DNA of 57,730 nucleotides, the filler included, from Catajapyx aquilonaris (Eukaryota): assembly GCA_000934665.2 (NCBI GenBank). It is 3 parts of 3 records of this genome, joined end to end, with 100 filler letters (N's around TTAATTAATTAA, not from the genome) between each part and the next. Parts side by side here need not be neighbours in the genome. Positions count along the whole stretch, not along the records: positions 19,254 to 38,601 come from KZ539554.1; positions 38,702 to 57,730 come from JYFJ02006548.1; 1 more part is not named here. One strand, given 5' to 3'. Numbering within the stretch: position 1 is the stretch's first letter; every line of letters begins with the position of its first letter. A program made the translations under genes and the position numbers. Positions 35,765 through 45,885 of this stretch are shown here, one piece after another. Below the pieces are notes generated by a model. The model did not search any database, had not been told where the DNA came from, and was given only the letters and a program-made list of their open reading frames with translations.

Positions 35765-36208
35765 CAGGGTGAAGGGAAACTTAAGGACAGTTGCCAGGTA
35801 GACTGATAGTACTCGAAAAACTAATACAGGGGTGTGCAATTAGTTTTGGGCGCCGTTGCGTAGTTAATACGTACAGCGCCTTTAAAGTGTAGAGGGACAG
35901 ATGGTAAAATACGAGGTAAAAACGACAAAGTGCACTGGTGTCGTACCCGGATTCTTACTCTGACAAGATGTGATCACCTATTGCACATGGATGATGAGTT
36001 ACAGACCCAAGGCCGGGTTATTCGGCTGCCCTCCAGCTGACTTTTGCTTCTTTGAAGCTGGTGGAACGGATGTGATGTCACGAAACTTTGACGGCGCCGT
36101 ATGCATTAACAATGCAATGGCTCCCAAAACTAATGGCACATCCCTATATTAGTTTTACGAGTACTATCAATCTACCTGGCAATTATCCGCGAGTTTCCCT
36201 TCACCCTG
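35765..36208. mobile_element. Tc1/mariner-type MITE containing a second TA-flanked MITE (35827-36146)
   Basis: Outer TA|CAGGGTGAAGGGAAACT / AGTTTCCCTTCACCCTG|TA; inner CAGGGGTGTGCAATTAGTTTTGGG / CCCAAAACTAATGGCACATCCCT. Confidence 0.8.
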
Positions 36209-36856
36209 TATAACGGAATCACAGGGACTCGAGAGATTTTCCATCATGAACAAGTTTCCACTATATTAGTCATGGAATTCATGTTCTATGCACACACCAA
36301 TTCTCAGAAAAAAATCCCATGATGGACAGGTTTCCACTACCATATACTAAAGGTCCATTATGGACAGGTTTCACCATAATAATCTAGTAATCTTGTCAGA
36401 TTCAAACCCATGAGAAGCCACAATGAACCCATTCAACCTGCAGAAGACCCTGGATAACCTTGGCTACTACTGAAAATTTGTGAGCCCAGCAGCAAGTCAG
36501 ATTTCCCTTGTATTTTTTTAAATATAGTATTGGGTAGCACGGCAGTGCGTCCGCCAAGTCTCCTCCCACCCTCCCTCCACCCTCCTCACACCCTCACACC
36601 CTCCCTCCACCCTCCCTCCCTCCACCCTCCACCTGCACTGCCCTACCTTTACACGAACCCCCTAGTTACTCTACACACGAGCCCCTTGTAACTCGGGACT
36701 GGGTAAGGCTGGAGGTCTGAGATTTGCATGGCCTGGTCTTACAGCGGGACGGACCTCATTTAAAAAAAATCGTGAAATTTGGACAGACGGTCTCCGGTTT
36801 ATAAGGGCCCAAACAAGGCTATTTTCCGGGGTATAACAATATAGGATTTGGGACGC

Positions 36857-37220
36857 AAATGTTCGGGTACTCCCAGGTATGCTGGAAGCACCAAATTTGG
36901 CACAAAAAATAGGCCCTGCTTTCAAACCTCCGGGAAAATTCCAATATTTCAAGTAGGTCATCCTGGTCCAGGATGGTGGCCATTATAACAAGAAAAAAAT
37001 TCAGATTTCATCCAGAAACAATGAACAGACAATGAGCAATGAAAGACCGAAATGTTCGGGTACTCCCAGGTATGCTGGAAGCACCAAATTTGGCACAAAA
37101 AATAGGCCCTGCTTTCAAACCTCCGGTAAAATTCCAATATTTCAGGTAGGTCATCCTTGTCCAGGATGGTGGCCATTATAACAAGAAAAAAATTCAGATT
37201 TCAACCAACAACAATGACAA
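36857..37220. repeat. 193-bp tandem repeat (~2 copies)
   Basis: AAATGTTCGGGTACTCCCAGGTATGCTGGAAGCACC at 36857 and 37050. Confidence 0.88.
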
Positions 37221-37989
37221 CAATGTGAAGTGTTGCATAGCAATCAAGCAATGTACAAGACTCTTTGACTAGCAGAACAGCAGCCTATAGTATAGAAAGA
37301 AGTAGTTTTCCTGTGCTACTCATTTCCCTGCCCTCATACGCGTTCGGCAGGGATTACAACAGTGACTGCCACAAAAGAGGTAGCCATTTTGCCATAGAGT
37401 AATTCCACGCCGGAAGAGTCATTATCCAAAAATGAAGTCACGCATTGAGAGGTGGCTATGACTTATTGCAGAGGTTCCCAAACTGTGATCCACGAACCTT
37501 CTCCAAGTGCTCCGCGAAGAGGTTGAGGGAAAAAATAATTCTCGTGACTTAATTTAGTCTCTCACTTCAAGGAAAGGCAGCAAATGGTTTTGATGTCATG
37601 TAGTGATAAAGTACGAGGTGTGATCGAAAAGTTCTCGGATTTTCGATATATACTCGTCCCGAGGAGTTGCGTTTTGAGGGGGCTCCTGAGAATACACCTT
37701 TTTTCGCCCCTCCCCCGTCCGCCCGGATCCCGGATTTGTGGTGGGTTGGGGGGTGGTATTGACCAGTTCCAGTTATCGTATACAGATCCCAAATTTTGTA
37801 CAAAAATTGGTCCTCATCTGAAACCACCAGGAAAAGTCTAAAACTGTAAATCGCCCATCTTGGGTGCAGACTCCCGCCATTCAAACACAAAAATTATTTT
37901 AAAAAAAGGAACAATACATGATATATGGTCTCCATAGTACCAATGTATTGACATTGTTGCAAAAAGAATTAGAGGCTAGACGTGTCTTT

Positions 37990-38601
37990 CTCTCACTCTC
38001 TGTTCCAAATCAAACTCTTGGCTTGGTTAACGGGCAGTTGGGTCTGTACACAGTGTTCCATACCACCCCGATTAGCCACAAAAAGTTAAATCCGTAAGAA
38101 TTTAATTTTCAATCGGACAAGAGTTAATACCGGTTAATACCGATCAAGAGGAAATATTTCAAATTATGACAAACGCATTCATCCATAGGAAACAGTTCCC
38201 CTGAACAATAGCTGACGGCATCACGATTCGTAAGAGCATTGAGAGGTTTGAGCATTGAGCTTATAGACAGTGTATATTATGGACTTTGGGTCGTCACTAC
38301 TTTTCTGTTGTGGTCAAGCGTGTGTGGCCTTGTCTCGAGTCAAAAAATTGGATGGAATTCATCTAATCAACTTTGATCGCACTCAAGTTAAAGCTAGCGA
38401 TGAAGCCATAACGGAACATAACAGACGAAGACTTAAATTCAGGCCGGACCTTTGCAGTTTCCAATTCACTCATTCTAATAAGAGGCATCCAAAGTTCCCT
38501 GACCGAGTCAGGGCTACATCCAAATATGTATACATCGGGTTCAAGAGGATAACCAAACATATCTCCAATGTCAAGTCTCAGACCATGCTGATGGTGGTCG
38601 G
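37990..38601 (+). pseudogene. Helitron RepHel remnant: PIF1-like helicase C-terminus with stops/frameshifts
   Basis: LGLVNGQLG, HRKQFP*TIADGITIRKS, GQACVALSRVKKLDGIHL correspond to SF1B/PIF1 motifs V-VI. Confidence 0.82.
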
Positions 38602-38701
38602 NNNNNNNNNNNNNNNNNNNNNNNNNNNNNNNNNNNNNNNNNNNNTTAATTAATTAANNNNNNNNNNNNNNNNNNNNNNNNNNNNNNNNNNNNNNNNNNN
38701 N
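38602..38701. other. Artificial contig-joining spacer
   Basis: N44-TTAATTAATTAA-N44. Confidence 0.95.
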
Positions 38702-39005
38702 TACCCCTGGGGCATATGTGGAGGCCTCCGTATGGATCTGTTTAGGTCACAAAAGAAAGACAGACAGACAGATATAGGTCTTGAAATATGTATTAGATGG
38801 AGGCCAAAATAAAGCTTGCTCCACTGTTGGACAAAATTGACCAAATGTCACTGTTGCGCTGTCCTGGCTCAAATTTGCGAAAATAGGATTGTCGCTTTAA
38901 AAAATTTCGGACTTGCATTTTTTGGAGGGGATTATTCACTATGACAGTGCTAGTTCCCCCCAACTATTTGGCCAAGTTGAATTAAGTTATGCAGATCAAA
39001 CACTA

Positions 39006-39211
39006 CACTGTAAGCCGCAAAATAATAAAAGAGCATCACTGGCGAGTCTTTCATGGAACATCAATTTTTAATGCTCTTGCGATGCTCCTGTGATACTTTT
39101 TGTTGCTAAAAGCATCACAAGAGCATTGGCAGAGCATTAGAAGAGAATTAAAAATTGATGTTCCATGAGACTCACCAGTGATACTCTTTTAATGTTTTAC
39201 GGCTTACAGTG
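39006..39211. mobile_element. Palindromic MITE with CACTG termini and TA flanks
   Basis: TA|CACTGTAAGCCG ... CGGCTTACAGTG|TA; arms pair over most of the length. Confidence 0.8.
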
Positions 39212-40949
39212 TACATAAAAAATGTGCACGATGCCCCATATTTTGATCTGCATATCATTTGCTAAACTCAATTTTAAATTTTGCGCATTCAGTGCTCCCC
39301 ATTGTAACAACCTATTGACGCATTGCCACATTGTGCAGTTGGCATTACTTTTAAAATCCAGTACTAGTTCGACGAGTTATTTGCGACAAAAAAAATGTGT
39401 CACCATGTGCTTCAAATTTATATTAAAAATTTTGGAAGGTTCCTAGCATTTTCTGTGGCCACTTTCAAGTCCCCAAAAATTGCCAATTCCTGAGTTTCAA
39501 GCCCATGTTTTCAGAACTCAAGGGGGGGAAATTACTCGCTTTCACTTTTTTATGCAGTATATCCCTGCCCATGCTAAATGGCCCCTGTTGAATATGTAGT
39601 GACTAGTTTTCCCAAACCCTCGGTGCTTGGCCCCGGCATTGGCCCCCACCCTGTGCGCACCCTCCAAACTCACCTCTGTTCCATGATGGAGAGGGTCTGC
39701 CCAGCGTCGGCCCAGGGGCAGAGCAGCGGGCAGAGCTGCAGTGCAGAGCGTCACCGGCTTGGCTGGCGGGAGGAGAAGGAATGGGAGGGAGCAGGGGGTG
39801 GGTGGGGAGGGGGACGCCAAGTCAACCAGGCTTGGAAACAAGCGCGACCGCCATTTTTAGTCTAACCAATGCCATGCAGTGCCTGTGTTGGAAGCACGAG
39901 GCTCTGTATTTCCAGGCCTACCCGGCATTTCTCCCTCCCTCTCCTCTCCCCCTCGCTCTCCCTCATTTCCCCTGCCTTGCCAGCTTGCCTTACTTCTCTG
40001 GGGCTCGTGGTGGGTGGTGCGGCCCCGGGACTCGCCCCTGGTGCTTCCCCGCGGGTCCTGCCTGCCTGCCTGGGATGCCGGCGACTCGACCCAAGAGAGG
40101 ACTGGTAGTGAGAAGAGGGCAAGGCTCGTCCGGTCAGGCTTGGAATGGCTGTGTTTGGAACATACGGGAGGAGGACTGGGGGCCAGCCCATCCCTTATTG
40201 GGTAGGTACTACAGTACGCACCAGCTACAACTAATGGTTCAAGTGTGTGCCCATGCACGGTGCACATGAAAAGGTCGAGGCGTGATGCATGGTGCGGAAA
40301 TATATTGCTAATGCGGCACCGATGTTTCGTTAATTGTTTTGATTTGTGTTTCCAAATGTGGCGTATGTAGAGAGGCACTCTAGTGTAGAGTGGTCCGAGG
40401 CTGAGGTGGGGTGGAAATTTATTGGTAAGGGGCACACAAAGCCAAATGTACTGTACATGCTAAAGTGAGACCATTTGTAGTAAGAGAAAGGAATTCTGCA
40501 AAAATACAAGGGATTTTGCCAGGGATTTCTAACAGTTATTTTTTTCCCTCTGGTTTTCCAAGTATTAAGACTTGTTTTCACTGCCGACATCATGTCGCGG
40601 AGCGCACAGTTAAAACAGAGTTTGTTTATCGTGTCGGTCCCTCTGCTCGGACGGAGACGCGAGGGTCTGGGGGGGGCTTGTGTGCGAGGACACATGGAAA
40701 GGCAGTAGAACCATCTGTTCGTGTCTTCCGCGCAAGAAATATGCGCGGTTGTGAAGCAGGTTGATGAGAAGCTCTGAAGAAAACCTGTAGCGGGGACTTG
40801 TAGTGGAAACATCTCCACTTTTCCGAACGAAGATTTCTTGCAGCAAGACATCGGCAGTGAAAATAAGGCTTTACGGCATGTTGTAGGGCTTGCATAAAGC
40901 CTGTGGGTGGATTCATCCATTGCAACTATGTGGTTCATACCCTCTATAC

Positions 40950-41445
40950 CAGGGGTATTCAACCAGTTTCTGACAAGGTCCAGTATTTACCTTTCTTGGG
41001 CCATTGAAGGTCCGGACCCCCCACCCCCGGATAAAAATATAGATTTTATATGGTACCACAGGGTTCATATTTGAAAATATAAACATGTGTAGCAAGGGTA
41101 GGAGGGCCTATCAAGACAGGGCGTATTAAGGCAATATTTCGCCCTTTATGATGTCCTGTACAGGCGTGTAGGCAGAAGAATTTCGGAGGGGGCCCATTTC
41201 GTAAGCAAAAGGTGAACAGGCCGTAAAGGGCGGGGAACGAGCCCACCGCAGGTGAAATTTTTTTGGGGTGAGGTGAGGAGCTTAGGTGAGATATGGGAGA
41301 TTTGAATGGGTGTGTATTTGATGAAATTGTAGCACTTTTTCCAAAAAATCAGGAATTAGTAATTAATCATGCTATTTCAAACTGTCCTGTATATTGTCGC
41401 AGTCCGGACAAAATTGCGTCACGGTCCGCCAGTTGAATATCACTG
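40950..41445. mobile_element. hAT (Buster/Charlie-type) MITE, same family as 871-1352, opposite orientation
   Basis: TIR CAGGGGTATTCAAC / GTTGAATATCACTG; 8-bp TSD CTCTATAC (40942-40949, 41446-41453). Confidence 0.9.
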
Positions 41446-42062
41446 CTCTATACTGTGCATATTACTAGTGTCGGTCACATTTCTGGTGCGAAACATTGTA
41501 GGTTATGCGAGGCTGTCATAAAATACTGCTAATTGTGCCACTGTTTTTATGGTCTGTTACGCAATGACTCGGTTACTCGACCACAACTGGCAGTCACACA
41601 AAGGTCATTCCATGTCAAATCATCACACAGATTGGCCTTGACCCCTCAGATTTTGATGAAACTTGCTGTATCAAGTAGTGTCCTTACATAGTTATGAATG
41701 AAAACCAGAAAAAAGATTTATTTTTTTGCCTACCATTCAAGAGTTATTAAATATTCAAATTGTGCCTAAAACTTAATGCATCTTGAAAAACTCAATAATT
41801 ATTCTCTCAGGAACCAGATATTTGTTGTCTTGGAATAATTTTAATAAATAATTTTTCTGTTACAGGTGGTGCAGGAGATGTATCCTTCCCAACTCCTCAG
41901 ATTCATGTGGATGCTGCCAGATGGATAATGGGCAATTGCAGCTGATTGGATGTGTGACTTAGCAGTAGTTTGTTGGGTGAGATCTTTTTCCCGTCTCTCT
42001 GAAGTAACAGTCACAGACAAATTTTAAGGGTAACCTGGCCATAAATATTACTGCATTAAGTC

Positions 42063-42208
42063 ACCCCTCAGCCACGCTCTCAGCCTCATTTCATGAGGTT
42101 GTCAGTGCCAGAAAATAAAACTGAGGGGAAGATAAAACACCTCTGTTAGGAAGCACTCGATTCCAATATATCCAAGGATGCGGGTGTGCCGTAAACAGGG
42201 GGACAAAT
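42063..42208 (+). ncRNA. SNORA65: Box H/ACA snoRNA, SNORA65(U65)/snR34-like, copy A
   Basis: Hairpin CCCCTCAG..CTGAGGGG, H box AGATAA (42130-42135), hairpin CCTCTGTT..AACAGGGG, ACA (42203-42205)+3 nt. Pockets GCCAC/GCCAG and TAGGAA/GCCG complement conserved 28S CUGGC-UU-GUGGC and CGGC-UC-UUCCUA. The 3' pocket is 15 nt from ACA. Confidence 0.82.
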
Positions 42209-42553
42209 ACTGCTTTGCCGTAATTGAAATGGCATTCTGGGCTAGGATTTCATGCCGGAATGAGTAGCCATTGCTTGCTACATTTAGCAAATTTGGTTGT
42301 TATGGAATTATTTGAAGTAACGTTTGTTGTTGTTTCAGGCAAGGCAGCCCTTCACATCCGGTTGGTTCCTGCACAGGTCATGGGCATTCAGTCGCAACAA
42401 GCTGCATGCGTCACTTAGGACTCGTTTGTTTGGTGAGATTATTTCTTATAACTTCCCTTGAATTTTAAGAGAAATCTACATGCAAAAGTTTGAATTTACC
42501 CCTTTGTCACGCTGATAGCCTCATTTCTTAAGGTTGTCGGTACCTCATCATTA

Positions 42554-42662
42554 AGGTGCGTTTACATGCGAGCGATTTGCTTGCACGATGTCATCGCCGA
42601 GCGATGCCGTTTCTCTCGGCAATGACATCGCGCGATCAAATCTCTCACATGTAAACGCACCT
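42554..42662. mobile_element. PIF/Harbinger-type MITE (paralogous copy 45021-45129)
   Basis: TTA|AGGTGCGTTTACATG ... CATGTAAACGCACCT|TTA. Confidence 0.85.
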
Positions 42663-42715
42663 TTAAACTGAGGGGGATATAAAATTCCTCTGTTAGTGAG
42701 CACTCGTTTCCAATA

Positions 42716-42807
42716 CAGGGTGTTCCGGAGTCGTGGGTCACTTTTTGATCACTGGTATTTCCCGATAGCAGTTATCAAAATGTGACCCACAACTCTGGAA
42801 CACGCTG
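42716..42807. mobile_element. Tc1/mariner-type MITE (paralogous copy 45183-45274)
   Basis: TA|CAGGGTGTTCCGGAGTCGTGGGTCAC ... GTGACCCACAACTCTGGAACACGCTG|TA. Confidence 0.85.
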
Positions 42808-42881
42808 TATATCCAAGGAGGCGAGTGTACTGGAACGTTGGAACAAATATTGTTATGCTATGTAATTGAAATAGTATTCTG

Positions 42882-43010
42882 GGGGTGGATTCATCAAATG
42901 CCGTAAGTAAAATTTTCTTCGTAAGCAGTAGTGACCGTAGTGACCAATAATAATTAACTAACTATGGTTACGACGAAAATTTCACTTACGACATTTGATG
43001 AAACCGCCCC
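42882..43010. mobile_element. Harbinger-like MITE (truncated paralogue 45886-45988)
   Basis: GGGGTGGATTCATCAAATG.CGTAAGT / ACTTACGACATTTGATGAAACCGCCCC. Confidence 0.75.
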
Positions 43011-43812
43011 CACGTTAGCATGTCATGCCGGAATGAGTAGCAATCACTTGCTAGATTTCACATTTTGTTGTCATGGAATTATTTGAAGTAACTTTTGTTG
43101 TGTTTCAGGCAATGCAAGAGATCTGTCCTTTCAACTCTGCAGATACCGGTACAGTTGATTCCTGTACAGGTCATGGACATGCAATCGCCGCTAGTTGGAT
43201 GTGCCACTCAGCACTGGTTTGCCTGGTGAGATACGTTTCTTTACTATTTAAATTTTAGATAACTTCTCAAATTTTAAGGAAAATACCGGTGACTCCAGAT
43301 ATAATAGCCTCGGTTATAACAGACTTTCAGTTATATCAGAGTCGAAGGGCCGGTCCCAGCATACTTCCATATATTTTCCATATATTTTTACTCCTGATAT
43401 AACAGTCTCATTTTCACCACACCTCGGCTGTAACATACCATTTCTTGGCCCCTCGGTGGACTAATATGCAGTTTTTGATTATTCAACTTCCTTGCCCCTG
43501 CGTAGGAAGGCATGGAATACTGGAAGGGGGTGAATTTTGCAGCTTTCGCTGATCTAAGATACTCAGAATCATAATTTTTTTGGTATATTTTGGCAACGGG
43601 GAGATGGCAGAAGAAAATTACATTTTTTATTTGGTCATGGCTAATTCACGGGTGGGGTAATTTTGCATTTTTGTGCATGGAAGGCAGAAAACTTGTGTAT
43701 TCGTTGCAAAAATTGTGATTTGGCTAAAACACATATTTTTCCCACTGTCCCTTGAAGTCTGGTATATCGGCAGTCAACTGCATATACACGCAAAGGTTAC
43801 TGCATCAATTGG

Positions 43813-43951
43813 CCCCTCTGCCAAGCTGATAGCCTCATTCCTTAAGGTTGTCGGTGCCTCATACTGAGGGGGATATTAAATTCCTCCGGTAGGAAGCACT
43901 CAATTTCATTGTCGCCAAGGATGCAAGTGTGCCGTAAACAGTGGTACAAAC
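43813..43951 (+). ncRNA. Box H/ACA snoRNA, SNORA65/snR34-like, diverged copy C
   Basis: Two hairpins, H box ATATTA (43873-43878), ACA at 43946-43948; 3' pocket TAGGAA/GCCG retained, 5' pocket altered to GCCAA/GCCTC. Confidence 0.65.
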
Positions 43952-44529
43952 ATTGCTTCCTTAGGAAATTTTGAACATGCTTTGCTCACTTTGTGCCATC
44001 ATGTTTAGTGGCCTAAGCCTTCGCTCACCAATGATTAATCCAGGTGCAGGCTCAGGTCTAATGTGGGATTTGAACGAGATGGGAATTCACTTTGAAGAGT
44101 GTGTCTGTGATATTCATCAATTTCCAGTCATGAATATTTTTCCCGTTTAATTGCTACGTGTCTCAGATACATGCTAATTACACGACCTCAGTCCTTGTTT
44201 TCTCATCATGGGTAGTTGATAGAGCCCCATCCATGTTGCTGTTGAAAGGAGGAAGTTCAGATTGATGTGATATGATGGATGAGGCAATCAGAGTGTCTTG
44301 AACTTGGTATTTTGGAGCACGTTGTAAATCATGCCTTGTGTTGCAGATTGTTCAACTCATCCAGTTTGCGCAGCTGTATCCTATGGGCCCTATGAAAGTC
44401 CTGGAGTTTCTGAAATTTGGATATGCTACTCAAGAAGGGTTTGTCAGGTGAGATGTGGTTTGTTTTGCTGCATTTTTGGTAACTGTTGCACATTTCTGGA
44501 TGGAAATACGGAATTAGTTGCATAAATTC

Positions 44530-44675
44530 ACCCCTCAGCCACGCTCTCAGCCTCATTTCATGAGGTTGTCAGTGCCAGAGAATAAAACTGAGGGGAAGAT
44601 AAAACACCTCTGTTAGGAAGCACTCGATTCCAATATATCCAAGGATGCGGGTGTGCCGTAAACAGGGGGACAAAT
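44530..44675 (+). ncRNA. SNORA65: Box H/ACA snoRNA, SNORA65/snR34-like, copy D
   Basis: Almost identical to copy A (offset 2467 bp); all boxes and guide sequences intact. Confidence 0.82.
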
Positions 44676-44965
44676 ACTGCTTTGCCGTAATTGAAATGGC
44701 ATTCTGGGCTAGGATTTCATGCCGGAATGAGTAGCCATCACTTGCTACATTTAGCAAATTTGGTTGTTATGGAAGTATTTGAAGTAACGTTTGTTGTTGT
44801 TTCAGGCAAGGCAGCCCTTCACATCCGGTTGGTTCCTGCACAGGTCATGGGCATTCAGTCGCAACGAGCTGGATGCGTCACTTAGGACTTGTTTGTCTTG
44901 TGAGATTATTTCCAATCAGTTCTCTTGAATTTTAAGAGAAATCTACATGCAAAAGTTTGTATTGA

Positions 44966-45315
44966 CCCCTTTGCCATACTGATAGCCACATTTCTTAAGG
45001 TTGTCGGTACCTCATCATTAAGGTGGGTGTACATGCGAGCGATTTGCTTGCACGATATCATCGTTGAGCGATGCCGTTTCTCTCGGCAATGACATCGCAC
45101 GATCAAATCTCTCACATGTAAACGCACCTTTAAACTGAGGGGGATATAAAATTCCTCTGTTAGTGAGCACTCGTTTCCAATACAGTGTGTTCCGGAGTCG
45201 TGGGTCACTTTTTGATCACTGGTATTTCCCGATAGCAGTTATCAAAAAGTGACCCACAACTCTGGAACATGCTGTATATCCAAGGAGGCTAGTGTACTGG
45301 AACGTTGGAACAAAT
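44966..45315 (+). pseudogene. snoRNA copy E, disrupted by the same two MITEs as copy B
   Basis: Duplicate of 42498-42848 including insertions. Confidence 0.75.
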
Positions 45316-45344
45316 ATTGCTATGCTATGTAATTGAAATAGTAT

Positions 45345-45885
45345 ACTAGTATTAGATATGTATATAAGGGGGCTTACCCGGCATAGCCATCTACAGCCCC
45401 CGGCTCCATCAACATCTAATCACCGAATAGTGACAACATCATAAACAAACAAGAAGAGCCAAACAAACCTGGATAAACCCGAAAACCCCCAAGGCGCGAC
45501 CGCAAAAGCAACCACCAAAACGCGCATAGACGCATACAATTTAGAGCGAAACCCTTCACCACCTCAGATTTAGAGAACCAAGAGAACCAAGAGGACCAAG
45601 AGAACCAAACCAGTGCACATTAAAACTCCTCCGGCGACGGAGCTCGCCGTACGGTGACACACCATATTCATCCATTGATCCTCTGGAGCCAAGCATCAGC
45701 CGCCAAACAGAGAGAATTGAAGCTCCTCAGAAGAGATCCCATGAGCATCCTTGAAGAAGGGGGCCAGCCAGCACCGCTCCGCAAGGCCAGCCGCATCACC
45801 CCGGAGCGGGCCTCCCTCAGCTCCGGCGTCCCGCAGTGCCACAACACGTGATCAGGAGTCTGCCGCCCCCTCCCGCAGGGACACC
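45345..45885 (-). mobile_element. 5'-truncated non-LTR retrotransposon (R1-like ORF2 C-terminus and 3' UTR)
   Basis: CPCGRGRQTPDHVLWHC zinc knuckle followed by ..GAGWPP..; absent from the paralogous block at ~42880. Confidence 0.72.

Larger units (their letters stand above)
42498..42848 (+). pseudogene. snoRNA copy B, disrupted by two MITEs
   Basis: Homologous to copy A once 42554-42662 and 42716-42807 are removed; guide sequences mutated (TAGTGA/ACTGG). Confidence 0.75.

Noticed and set aside
39540..40960. Overlapping GC-rich ORFs of 100-210 aa
   Set aside because: No recognisable domain or consistent splice pattern; expected by chance in GC-rich sequence.
42229..42286. Second small RNA downstream of snoRNA copies A/D (CATTCTGG..CCGGAATG hairpin, GCTACATTT)
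   Set aside because: Too short for H/ACA, no H box, and the ACA is not kept in paralogous units.
41866..44899. Protein-coding tandem-exon gene (Cys/His-rich peptides)
   Set aside because: The first exon has stops in all three frames, exon lengths (111, 94, 117, 101, 94) shift frame, and the spliced ORF I traced terminates quickly.
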